From Longimicrobiales bacterium (GTDB lineage: Bacteria > Gemmatimonadota > Gemmatimonadetes > Longimicrobiales > RSA9), in assembly GCA_035465395.1 (NCBI GenBank), contig DATHRK010000102.1:191-64190 (forward strand): a DNA stretch of 64,000 bases. Direction: 5' to 3'. This document shows, in pieces, positions 40,456 through 50,271 of the stretch. A model generated the notes under the pieces. It made no database searches, had not been told where the DNA came from, and worked only from the letters and a program-made list of their open reading frames with translations. A program made the translations under genes and the position numbers. Within the stretch, counting starts at the first letter, position 1. Each line of letters starts with the position of its first letter.

Positions 40456-40466
40456 AGGGGGCGCCC

Positions 40467-40652
40467 CTACTTGCCCCCGCCCTTCGGACGGAGCGCGTAG
40501 AGCGCCGCAAGGATGGCCAGCGCCGCCAGGATGAACAGCCAGGACGTCTCGTAGTTGTCGACGATGCCCGACACCACGCGCTTGATGAACGTCCAGATGG
40601 CGTCGAAGATGCGCAGCAGAAACTGCCCGAAGCGGATCAGGAACCCTTCCAT
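40467..40652 (-). CDS. small membrane protein (61 aa), last gene of the EPS operon
   Basis: ATG 40652 is 3 nt after the upstream stop. GC3-rich codons, one C-terminal TM (WLFILAALAILAALYAL), tail RPKGGGK. Confidence 0.5.
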   Translation of the reverse strand: MEGFLIRFGQFLLRIFDAIWTFIKRVVSGIVDNYETSWLFILAALAILAALYALRPKGGGK

Positions 40653-40655
40653 TGT

Positions 40656-42425
40656 CTAGCCCTCCCGCGCCGCCGCCGTATCCGGCGCAGGCGCCTGTAG
40701 TCGCAGGTCGTACCGCTCCCCGGCGGCCAGGTCGGGCAGCATGACGCGCACCCGTTCGCGGCCGGCCCGATCGACGAGCAGGACGGCGCCGGTCAGGTCC
40801 CTCCGGCCACCGTTGACGACCGACAGCGTGGCGTCGGCCGGCCCGGCTTCCACACGTACCGCCGCGCGATCACGCCACCACGCGGCCGCGTGCGCCGCGG
40901 TGCCGGCCCAGAGCGTGGAATCGCCCGCGACCTCGTCCATGACGGCAACCAGGACGGGCAGCAACTCTCCCCTGCCCAGGCTGTGCGTGTGCGTGCCCAT
41001 CACGAAGAGCCCGCGGAACTCGGCGACCCTGTCGACGTCCCCGAGGAAGCGGGACACGAGCTCGCCACGATCCCGCACGCCGTCCACGCTCAGGTAGTGG
41101 AAGTCGTCGGGCGTCGCGCGCACGATCAGCACCAACGAGTCGGACCCCAGCGGCACGATCTCGGGGCCGGCGCTGCGCAGGTCGCTCGTGCCGTAGACGT
41201 ACTCCCCGCCCGCCGCTCGCCACGCGCCCAGCGTGCGCGCGTCGGGCAGGCCGCCGCCCGTATGGTAGCCGACCACCTCGGCGCCGGCAGCCCGCGTGAG
41301 CGCGTCGCGCGCGTCGCTCAGCCTGCGGGCGCGGCGCTCTTCGGGGCCCTCCTCGATGCGCTCGCCTTCCGCGGGGCGCAACCCCACCTCGCCGGCAAGG
41401 GCCGCCGCGCGCAACGCGTCGCCGTGGTCGCGCGCCGCCGTCGCGGACGCAAAGAAGGTGACGGGCGCGCGACCGGCGGCCGCGGACGCCACGTTGCGAA
41501 CGTCCTCGGGCCGCGCCTGCACGTCCTGCGCGATCACGACTCCGGCGCGCGCGCCGCCGGGCCAGGCGGCGATCTGGGCCACCGGGCGGCCGGCGGCCCA
41601 GAGCACCGCGTTGGTGGCGATGCGCCGGGCGACGTCCCGACTCCAGCCGGGCTCCACGTGGTTCAGCGCGAAGCCGAAGATCACGGCGCGGCCCGGGCCC
41701 ACGAGCGTGCGGGCGATGGCGCCGTCGAAGAACCGCTCCTCCGCGTGGGCGCGCGGCGATCGTTCGAAGTCGCCGTAGTACACGTCGCGTTCCTGGCTGC
41801 GGAACACGAACTGGTACGCCGCGGGCCGGACCTCGACGCGGGCGCCCGGCGGTACCCCGGCGGCGAGCACCGTCTCACCCAGCGCGATGGCGTAACGGCT
41901 GCCCTCGGGATCACCCAGCTCCGCCACGGCGGCCGGCCCGCCCACCAGCCCGTAGAGCAGCGTGTCGGCCGTGGGCTCGCAGACGCGGTCGCCGAAGCCG
42001 ACGGGCCCCACCGCCACGATCCCGCCGCCAGCCCCCAGGTGCCGCACGACCAGGTTGCGTTGCGCCGCGCCGAGGCAGGCGCCCCAGGGCAGCACCAGCG
42101 CCGTGGCCTCGCCGGGGCCGACGATCCGCGCTCCGGCATCGCGCAGCAGATCCCGCCACGCGCTGACCTCGGCGTCGTAGAAGCCGGGCGGCGTCGCGCG
42201 CAGGTTCTCCGGCTCCTCCAGCAAGGCGACGGCCGTGCCCTCCAGCGAACCGGAGGGAATCGCCGACGGGAGCTCCCCCGGAGCGCTCACGGGACCCGGC
42301 TGCGGCGTCCCGACGAGGCCCGTGGTCGGAGGTAGCGTGCGCCATAGCCAGAATCCCCCCCCGATCAGCGCGAGGAGCAGCGCGGCGCCGAGGAAGCCGG
42401 CGAGCAGGCGTGGACGGCGCGCCAT
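40656..42425 (-). CDS. membrane-anchored periplasmic protein with CE4 (polysaccharide deacetylase)-like C-terminal half; PgaB positional analogue
   Basis: N-terminal TM. The C-terminal half has a CE4-like strand pattern (APVTFFASATAA, VVGYHTGGG, GLFVMGTHTHSLG), but the canonical DD/HxxH metal motifs are not evident. Operon context with the GT2 synthase. Confidence 0.5.
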   Translation of the reverse strand: MARRPRLLAGFLGAALLLALIGGGFWLWRTLPPTTGLVGTPQPGPVSAPGELPSAIPSGSLEGTAVALLEEPENLRATPPGFYDAEVSAWRDLLRDAGARIVGPGEATALVLPWGACLGAAQRNLVVRHLGAGGGIVAVGPVGFGDRVCEPTADTLLYGLVGGPAAVAELGDPEGSRYAIALGETVLAAGVPPGARVEVRPAAYQFVFRSQERDVYYGDFERSPRAHAEERFFDGAIARTLVGPGRAVIFGFALNHVEPGWSRDVARRIATNAVLWAAGRPVAQIAAWPGGARAGVVIAQDVQARPEDVRNVASAAAGRAPVTFFASATAARDHGDALRAAALAGEVGLRPAEGERIEEGPEERRARRLSDARDALTRAAGAEVVGYHTGGGLPDARTLGAWRAAGGEYVYGTSDLRSAGPEIVPLGSDSLVLIVRATPDDFHYLSVDGVRDRGELVSRFLGDVDRVAEFRGLFVMGTHTHSLGRGELLPVLVAVMDEVAGDSTLWAGTAAHAAAWWRDRAAVRVEAGPADATLSVVNGGRRDLTGAVLLVDRAGRERVRVMLPDLAAGERYDLRLQAPAPDTAAAREG

Positions 42426-42434
42426 CGTGGTCGG

Positions 42435-42680
42435 TCAGTCGGTCCGGGACGCGTCGCCCGCGGGCGGATCGCCGCCGTCTCCCTCGTCCACCCGCTCCAC
42501 CAGGCCGGGCAGGCGGACCCGCTCGAAGAACATCGGTCCGTCCTGCTCGACCTCCGCGACCGCGGGGCGGCGGCGCTCCCGCACGCGGAAGGCGCCGTAG
42601 CTCATGGCCGCCAGCGTGATCGTCACGACGATGGTGACGACCATGACCAGCACGATGACCTCGAGAACGTTCACGTTCAT
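42435..42680 (-). CDS. small single-pass membrane protein (81 aa) coupled to the GT2 synthase (PgaD/IcaD-like position)
   Basis: ATG 42680 overlaps the GT2 stop (ATGA). MNVNVLEVIVLVMVVTIVVTITLAAMSYGAF TM, then a charged tail. It is hidden inside shadow ORF 42435..43490. Confidence 0.5.
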   Translation of the reverse strand: MNVNVLEVIVLVMVVTIVVTITLAAMSYGAFRVRERRRPAVAEVEQDGPMFFERVRLPGLVERVDEGDGGDPPAGDASRTD

Positions 42681-44014
42681 GCGGTCCTTCCCACTCGCTC
42701 GAGCTTGCCCCACGACATTTCCAGCTTGAACGCCTCCTCCACGGAAGCGAGCAGCTTGGCGACGTCGATGAACAGGATGAAGAAGAAGCGGTAGATCACC
42801 GCCAGCGGCACCAGCGACAGGTCCTCGCCCTCGATCGCCACCGTGTGCAACGCCGCGGCGACGTCCAGCAGGGTCAGGAGGAGCCACCAGCTGACGACGT
42901 AGGCGCCGGCGTCGAAGGCGAGGAAGATGCCGACGAAGAACAGGTTTCCGACCACGTTCATGAACGGCCAGATGACCGCCTCGAAGAGCATCATCGCGAC
43001 CGACAGCCAGACCGCCGCATCGGTGCGGGTACTGATCAGCGCGCCGCGGCGCTTGCCGATGGCCTGGAGGATGCCGCGGGTCCAGCGGTAGCGCTGGCGC
43101 AGCAGCCCCATCAGCGTCTCGGGCGCCTCCGTCCATGCGATGGCGTCCGGGGCGTATTCGATGCGGTAGCCGTGGGTCAGGATCTTGAGGGTGAGGTCGG
43201 CGTCCTCTGCGAAGGTATCGCTGTCGTATCCGCCGATCTGGCGCAGGACGTCGCGCCGAAACACCCCGATCGGTCCCGGAATGATGTTGACCGCGCGCAG
43301 GAACCCCTGCGCCCGCCGCGGCATGTTCAGCCCCTCGATGTACTCCAGCGCCTGCAGCCGGCTCCAGATGTTGCGTCGGTTCTCGACCTTCACGTTGCCC
43401 GCGACGGCGGCCACGCGGCGGTCGCGGAAGTGGCGCATGGTGGCGCGCAGCGAGCCCTTGGCGAGCGTCGAATCCCCGTCGATGCAACACACGAAGGGGA
43501 AGCGCGCCAGCGCGATGCCGGTGTTCAGCGCCGCGGCCTTGCCGGCGTTGGCCTTGCTGATCACGCGCACCACGGCCCTGCCGTGGCGGCCCTCCAGCGC
43601 CGAGGCCCTGGCCGCGGTGTCATCGGTGCTGCCGTCGTCGATGACGAGGATCTCGAGCCGCGGATAGTCCAGCCTGAGCACCGACCGGATCGCGTCCTGG
43701 ATCACCCGGCCCTCGTTGTAGGCGGGAATCAGCACCGACACCGGTGGCAGCATGGCGGGGGCCGCCTTGCGCTCCTCCTCCGGCCCGATGGCCTGCTCCA
43801 CGTGCTGGAGGTAGCCCAGCCACAGGAGGCCCACGTATCGGATCACCAGGATCCCCAGGAAGAGGATCAGGATCACGACGGTGGCGCGCACCAGCACGTT
43901 CTGGATATCCGGCGGCGCGAAGAACGACCAGATCAGCACGGACAGGACGCCGGCGAGCGCCACCACCAGCAGCACGCCGGAGATGAACAGGAGCGTGTAG
44001 CGCGGCCGCCTCAT
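42677..44014 (-). CDS. processive family-2 glycosyltransferase (PgaC/IcaA/NodC-like polysaccharide synthase)
   Basis: VLIPAYNEG, VIDDGSTDDT, CIDGDS, FAEDADLT and QRYRWTRG (QxxRW), flanked by TM helices. ATG 44014 overlaps the upstream stop (ATGA). Confidence 0.85.
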   Translation of the reverse strand: MRRPRYTLLFISGVLLVVALAGVLSVLIWSFFAPPDIQNVLVRATVVILILFLGILVIRYVGLLWLGYLQHVEQAIGPEEERKAAPAMLPPVSVLIPAYNEGRVIQDAIRSVLRLDYPRLEILVIDDGSTDDTAARASALEGRHGRAVVRVISKANAGKAAALNTGIALARFPFVCCIDGDSTLAKGSLRATMRHFRDRRVAAVAGNVKVENRRNIWSRLQALEYIEGLNMPRRAQGFLRAVNIIPGPIGVFRRDVLRQIGGYDSDTFAEDADLTLKILTHGYRIEYAPDAIAWTEAPETLMGLLRQRYRWTRGILQAIGKRRGALISTRTDAAVWLSVAMMLFEAVIWPFMNVVGNLFFVGIFLAFDAGAYVVSWWLLLTLLDVAAALHTVAIEGEDLSLVPLAVIYRFFFILFIDVAKLLASVEEAFKLEMSWGKLERVGRTA

Positions 44015-46179
44015 GGCCAGAGTGGCCTCGTCACCCACTGGACGCGCAGCAGCGCGCCCCTATAGCCAGGCTCGAACGCGGCCCCGGTCCAGTCCAGGGA
44101 CGCCAGCACGTCCCAGCCGTCGCCCGCCAGGTTCACGTCCAGCCCCGCACCCAGGAAGAACACCTCCTCGTCGAAGAAGCGGCGCTCCGGACCGCGCTCG
44201 CGCACGAAGACGTAGGAGGGCCGCACGCGCAGTCCGACGAAGCGGTCCGGGTCGATCTTGCGCTCCCAGGCCAGGCCCACGCTCGGCGCCAGATAGTAGT
44301 CGGGAGTCCAGTACAGCGGCTGGCCGTCCAGCGCGGGGGAGTCGCCCGTGGTGCCGATGAAGCTCAGCCCGGCGAGCGCCGCGAAGCCGCCGCCGAGCGG
44401 GCGGCGGACATCCGTGGAGGCCCCGATCCGCCAGGTCTCCCCCAGCTGCGAGGTCAGGAATTCGGTCTCGGTCGCGACGGAAATACGCCACTTCCCCGCG
44501 CCCGTGTGCACGGCCGCGGTGGCCAGATTGGAGAGTGCGTCGGCGGCCAGCGCCGCGGTGGTCGCCGCGCGACGGACCGCGGTGCCGAATTCGTAGCGCG
44601 CCTCCAGTCGGGTGCCGGGGCGGGCGTCCCACGTCACGCCCGCCAGGGCGGTCGGAAAGATGCCCGCGTGGTCGAACGCGTGGAAGCCGACGCCCAGGGT
44701 GAGCCACGCGTTCTCCGACGTGGTGAAGCGCCCCTGGCCGCGCAGCGCGAAGCCCGCGGTGAGGAGGTCCAGCTCCTTGGCCTGCCGGCCCGCGACGGCG
44801 TCCGACTGGACGCCCACCGACCACACGCGGGTGTCGCCGAACCAGGTGCGCGTCACGGTGTTGGAGTACCAGAGGAAGCTCTGGTTGTCCCCGAAGGTGT
44901 GGTTCGTCGCTTCCCACCGGCCGATCGGGGGCACCGAGGCCTCCGGCCGGGGCGGTGCCGGGGGCTCCAGGGCCGCTTGCGCGAGCGCCAGCCCCGTGCG
45001 GCCGCGCTCGTCGCGGGGGCGCTCGTCGAGGGCCCGCTGGTACAGGGCGAGCGCTTCCTCCTGCGACCCGCGCCAGCGCTCGATGTCGGCGGCGAGCAGC
45101 AGCGCGTCCGCGTCCCGCGGCCGGGCCGCGAGGGCCACCCGCAGGTCGGCGAGGGCGTCGTCCCAGCGCTCCTGTTCCGCGTACAGACGGGCGCGCTCCA
45201 GGCGCAGCGCCGGATCGTCGCCCTCGCGCAGCAGCGCCTCGTACAGCGCGAGCGACTCGTCCGTGCGGAGCGCCCAGGCGAGGGCGCGCGCGGTGCGCAC
45301 GCGCGTCCCACGGTCCGGCGTGGCGCGCTCGGCGTAGCGGACCAGCGCGTCCGCCGTCGCCGCGGCCGAATCCGCCTGCGCCGCCACGGCCGCGTACTCC
45401 AGCCACAGCGAGTCGGGGAATTCGCCGCTCCAGGCGGCGTAACGCATGTGGAGGACGGCCTCCCCGAAGCGCCCCTCGCGGGCGAGCGCGCGGCCCAGCC
45501 ACAGGCGCTCGCGGGGGGCGTCGCGCTCGGCCAGCCAGCGGGCCGCTTCGGCCGCGGTGGGCTGGAGCGAGCCGCGCAGCTCGCGGAGCAGGCGCGTCGC
45601 CTCCACGTCACCCGGCGCGAGCGCCAGCGCCTGGCGGGTGGCGTCCAGCGCCCCCGACGTGTCGCCGGCCCACCAGCGGTAGCGCGCCACCTCGAGCCGC
45701 AGTCCGGCGTCGCCGGACCGCTCGGCCAGCAGGGGCTCCAGCATGCGCGCCGCCGCGGCCGGGTCGTCGCCCAGTGCGAGCGCGCGGGCGTGTTCGCGGC
45801 GCACCGACGGCGTGCGCTCGGCGGGCGCCAGGCGCGCGTACTGCCGGGCCGCCTCCGCGTAGTTCGCCCGCCCCACGGCCGCGCGCGCCCTGTCGAGCGG
45901 GGTGCCGGGGTTGCCCTGCGGCGTGATCGGCGCAGCGGGCCGCTCCGGCCGCTCGTCCACGATGGCGGGCAGCGCCGCGCGCTCCGCTCCCCGCGGCTCC
46001 GCCGACCGGATCGGCTCGCGGGCGCCCGCGCTCCGGGCGATGGGGTTGCCGTACACCTCGCTCTCGGACAGGCCCGCTGGCGGGTCGTAGAGGACGTAGA
46101 GCGCGCCCATGCTGACGATCAGCACGAGGACCGCCAGAAGGACGAGCCGCGGGAGGTAGCCGCCTCCGCCTCCGGCCAC
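44011..46179 (-). CDS. TPR + C-terminal beta-barrel protein (PgaA/BcsC-like exopolysaccharide export porin candidate)
   Basis: GTG 46179. N-terminal anchor and about 350 aa of TPR-like helices. The C-terminal 300 aa have alternating-hydrophobic strands and aromatic-rich turns, ending LLRVQWVTRPLWP. Confidence 0.6.
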   Translation of the reverse strand: MAGGGGGYLPRLVLLAVLVLIVSMGALYVLYDPPAGLSESEVYGNPIARSAGAREPIRSAEPRGAERAALPAIVDERPERPAAPITPQGNPGTPLDRARAAVGRANYAEAARQYARLAPAERTPSVRREHARALALGDDPAAAARMLEPLLAERSGDAGLRLEVARYRWWAGDTSGALDATRQALALAPGDVEATRLLRELRGSLQPTAAEAARWLAERDAPRERLWLGRALAREGRFGEAVLHMRYAAWSGEFPDSLWLEYAAVAAQADSAAATADALVRYAERATPDRGTRVRTARALAWALRTDESLALYEALLREGDDPALRLERARLYAEQERWDDALADLRVALAARPRDADALLLAADIERWRGSQEEALALYQRALDERPRDERGRTGLALAQAALEPPAPPRPEASVPPIGRWEATNHTFGDNQSFLWYSNTVTRTWFGDTRVWSVGVQSDAVAGRQAKELDLLTAGFALRGQGRFTTSENAWLTLGVGFHAFDHAGIFPTALAGVTWDARPGTRLEARYEFGTAVRRAATTAALAADALSNLATAAVHTGAGKWRISVATETEFLTSQLGETWRIGASTDVRRPLGGGFAALAGLSFIGTTGDSPALDGQPLYWTPDYYLAPSVGLAWERKIDPDRFVGLRVRPSYVFVRERGPERRFFDEEVFFLGAGLDVNLAGDGWDVLASLDWTGAAFEPGYRGALLRVQWVTRPLWP

Positions 46180-46182
46180 GAA

Positions 46183-47766
46183 TCAGCTCCCGCCGGCGAC
46201 GGGTCCCGGTCGCGCGGAGGCGCCGTTCTCCAGCCAGCCGATCACGCCTTCCCGATCCGCGGGATAGGAGAACAACGAGGTGTGATCCAGATCCGCGAGC
46301 CCCGGCTCGGCCGACACCAAACGGGTCAGCAGGGCGCGCACGTGCTTGCGGTGGATGTCGTGGAGGTAGAGCGCGACGCGCCCGTCTTCCATCACGGCGA
46401 CGAGGTCGCCGTCGCGCACGCGCAGCCGCTCCAGCAGGAGGCGGCTGGCTTCGGTGGCGCTGAGGTCGGCGGGGCCGAGCTCCACGAGCGCGAAGTAGGC
46501 GTGCCGGGCCCCGTCCACGTGGCCGCGCAGGATCGAGCGGAACGCGCCCGGCTCGAGCGGCACGAAGTCGCCGGAGTCGCCGGTCGCCTGCTCGGCAGGT
46601 GGTCCCGCGGCGACGGCGCCCTCCGCCAGGCGCCGGTGCCCCCGGCTCCGGGCGTTGTCGATACGCGCAAGCAGCTCGGACGGCCCCAGCGTGTCCTCCA
46701 GGAAGTCGTCGCCGCCGGCCCGCAGCCCCTCCGCGCGGGTGTGCCCGCGCAGGCCCCGCGTGGAGGAGACGAAGAGGATCGGCGCGCCGTTCCCCGCACG
46801 CCGCAGCTCCCGGGTCAGGCTGAGCGCGGGCTCCGGCCGCATCGGGTCCAGCGCCACCAGGAGCGCGCCGTAGTTGGCGGACGCGAGGTCGCCGAACGCG
46901 CGCGCCACCGAATCGAAGGCGTCCAGCTCGTAAGCGTCGCGCAGCGGCGGCAGCCACTCGGGCGGGAACTTGGCGCCCTGGCTGAGCAGCACCACACGGC
47001 GGCGGGTCTCCTCCGGCAGATCGTCGTGGGAGCGCAAGGCGAGCTCTTCGACGATGCCCGCGCCGGGCCGGATCGAGAAGCGCACCGACTCGGTCGACCC
47101 CAGCCGCTGGCGCAGCTTGCGCACGGTCATCTGGCGGGCCGCGCCGTCCAGGTTCTCGAAGTGGAAGATGCCGGCCGCGCCCGCGCTGATGCGGTTGTAG
47201 ATCCGGCGGTAGTAGGTCTCGCTGAGGTCGCCCGGCACCGTGATGAAGGTCGTGCACGGGATCTCGTCGAGGAACTGCGCGAACGCGTCGACCGCCTCAT
47301 CGGCCGCCATGCCGCCTTCCAGCAGCGGCAGTACCGAATCGATCACCAACCGGTGCGGGATCCGGTCCCAGAGTAGCGACTTCAGCTCCTCGAAGACCAC
47401 CGAGGGATCCGCGACGCGGCTGTAATGGCGCTGGAAGTCCAGTCGGTAGCGAAAGAACGCCAGGCGATCCTGGGCGGCCGCGCCCTGCAGGTCGTAGCCG
47501 AGATACTCGGCCTGCGTGAAGAGATCCGCCGGGTCGTCCTGCGTGAGGACGGCGCACGTCTCGTGCGCATCCAGGCCGGTCCCCAGGAAGTGAAGCGCGG
47601 TGGATGTCTTGCCCGAGCCGGGCGCACCGCTGAGCACGTAGTATCGGCCCGAGATCAGTCCGCCGATCCGCTCGTCGAACGGACGAACGCCGGTCGATAC
47701 GGTCTTGGCCTCCGTCGATTGCGCCACGGGGAAGCGCTCCGAGACTGTGGTCCGCATGGTTCCCAT
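46183..47766 (-). CDS. KaiC/RecA-like ATPase fused to pseudo-receiver and degenerate GGDEF-like domain
   Basis: LSGAPGSGKTSTALHFL Walker A and HRLVIDSVLP Walker B. REC-like segment (RRVVLLSQ...LLVALDP...GGDDFLED) lacks the acidic pocket and Lys. C-terminal RVRDGDLVAVMEDGRVALYL has RxxD kept and GGDEF replaced by MEDGR. Start is ATG 47766 or 47757. Confidence 0.7.
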   Translation of the reverse strand: MGTMRTTVSERFPVAQSTEAKTVSTGVRPFDERIGGLISGRYYVLSGAPGSGKTSTALHFLGTGLDAHETCAVLTQDDPADLFTQAEYLGYDLQGAAAQDRLAFFRYRLDFQRHYSRVADPSVVFEELKSLLWDRIPHRLVIDSVLPLLEGGMAADEAVDAFAQFLDEIPCTTFITVPGDLSETYYRRIYNRISAGAAGIFHFENLDGAARQMTVRKLRQRLGSTESVRFSIRPGAGIVEELALRSHDDLPEETRRRVVLLSQGAKFPPEWLPPLRDAYELDAFDSVARAFGDLASANYGALLVALDPMRPEPALSLTRELRRAGNGAPILFVSSTRGLRGHTRAEGLRAGGDDFLEDTLGPSELLARIDNARSRGHRRLAEGAVAAGPPAEQATGDSGDFVPLEPGAFRSILRGHVDGARHAYFALVELGPADLSATEASRLLLERLRVRDGDLVAVMEDGRVALYLHDIHRKHVRALLTRLVSAEPGLADLDHTSLFSYPADREGVIGWLENGASARPGPVAGGS

Positions 47767-48009
47767 CCACCCCAACCCCAGGACAACTTTCGTACCGCCC
47801 TAGTCGGCGCCACGATGGCCCGCGGTTGAGGGACGAACCCTGCCCCGCCCCTGTCCGGCAACGCCGCCGTGGGAACGTCGCGTTACGTCACGCCTGTAAC
47901 GGTCCGTTGCGATCGTCGTAGCCGGTCACCGCGAACCTCTCGCCCGGAGACGACAGCCGCGAGGCGCCGGCACGAGAGGGCCGGCCGCGGCGGCGCCCGG
48001 TGCGAAGCC

Positions 48010-48717
48010 CTACGAATCCGCTTCGTCGCCCTCGCCCTCGTCGCCCTCGCCTTCGCCATCGTCGGATTCGGCCGGCGCGGCCACCGCGCCCGAGCCCGCG
48101 CCGCCTTCCATGACGGCGAGGTCCGGATCGCCGAAGCGGTCCACGCCGATCAGCGCCCGGGTCAGCCCGCGGCGGTCCGCGAAGCCGAGCGTCGCCGAGC
48201 GGTCGGCCGCGACGCCGAGCACGGCGCGCGCCCTGCCGTCCTCGTCAGCGAACGCCAGGTTGCTGACGTCGGGGAGGTGGGCCAGCACAATGCGCTGGGC
48301 TCCCTCCTGGTCCAGGAACGCGATCCCGGGAGAACCGCCCTGGTCGAGGACGGACAGGCGGATACGTACGTTGCCGTCGGTGTCCATCAGGGAAAGCCTC
48401 GCGCTGCCGTCGTCCTCGGCGCGCCACACGCCGCGCACCGCGCCGCTCGCGTCGGAGAGCTGGAACTCGCGGGCGGTGACCGTGGACGCCGCCCACGCCG
48501 GCATGCCGCCGGAACGTAGCTGGAAGAAGTAGAAGGCGGCCGCGCCGAGGGCCAGGACGAGAAGGATGAGAATCACGCCGCCCATGAGGTGGAGCCGGCG
48601 GTTGGAGCGCTCCACGCGCTTCAAACGGTCGACAACGATGTCTTCGAACTCGCGCGCGAGCTCCTCGACCGTCTTCCCCCCGGAAAGAGATCCGGACAGC
48701 CCCTGGTTCACCGCCAT
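48010..48717 (-). CDS. membrane-anchored protein with about five 22-aa periplasmic repeats and an acidic tail
   Basis: ATG 48717. TM LMGGVILILLVLALGAAAFYFF. Repeats of the form L.F.D..G..R..L.V (LSLMDTDGNVRIRLSV, IAFLDQEGAQRIVLAH, LAFADEDGRARAVLGV, LGFADRRGLTRALIGV). Tail ESDDGEGEGDEGEGDEADS. Confidence 0.55.
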   Translation of the reverse strand: MAVNQGLSGSLSGGKTVEELAREFEDIVVDRLKRVERSNRRLHLMGGVILILLVLALGAAAFYFFQLRSGGMPAWAASTVTAREFQLSDASGAVRGVWRAEDDGSARLSLMDTDGNVRIRLSVLDQGGSPGIAFLDQEGAQRIVLAHLPDVSNLAFADEDGRARAVLGVAADRSATLGFADRRGLTRALIGVDRFGDPDLAVMEGGAGSGAVAAPAESDDGEGEGDEGEGDEADS

Positions 48718-48858
48718 GACCCGCTCCGTTCCCGTCGGTATTCCCAGTCGCGCTGCCGCCTCCTGCGCTGCGGCACCGCGATCGCATCGTCCTCAGCCCA
48801 GCCCCCGATCGGGCCTCCCCGCCACGCCTTCCGGCCGCACTCCCTTTTCAGCGGCCTG

Positions 48859-50238
<1,380 letters not shown>

Positions 50239-50271
50239 GGACTCCCCCTCTTGCGAAACGTTGCAGATTCG

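Noticed and set aside
31783-40468. Recurring GGGCGCCCC cores (31783, 31889, 40459) as a REP-like repeat family
   Set aside because: The motif is short and expected by chance in ~70% GC DNA. Three copies in 64 kb are insufficient, and the flanks are not conserved.
44506-47376. 956-aa ORF (+), plus the similar long ORFs 48589..50787, 51945..54383 and 54161..57325
   Set aside because: All are antisense to genes with clear family motifs (TPR porin, KaiC-like, AAA+, TadB/CpaF, CpaE/TadG). Their compositions are Arg/Gly/His/Asp-biased with no motifs.
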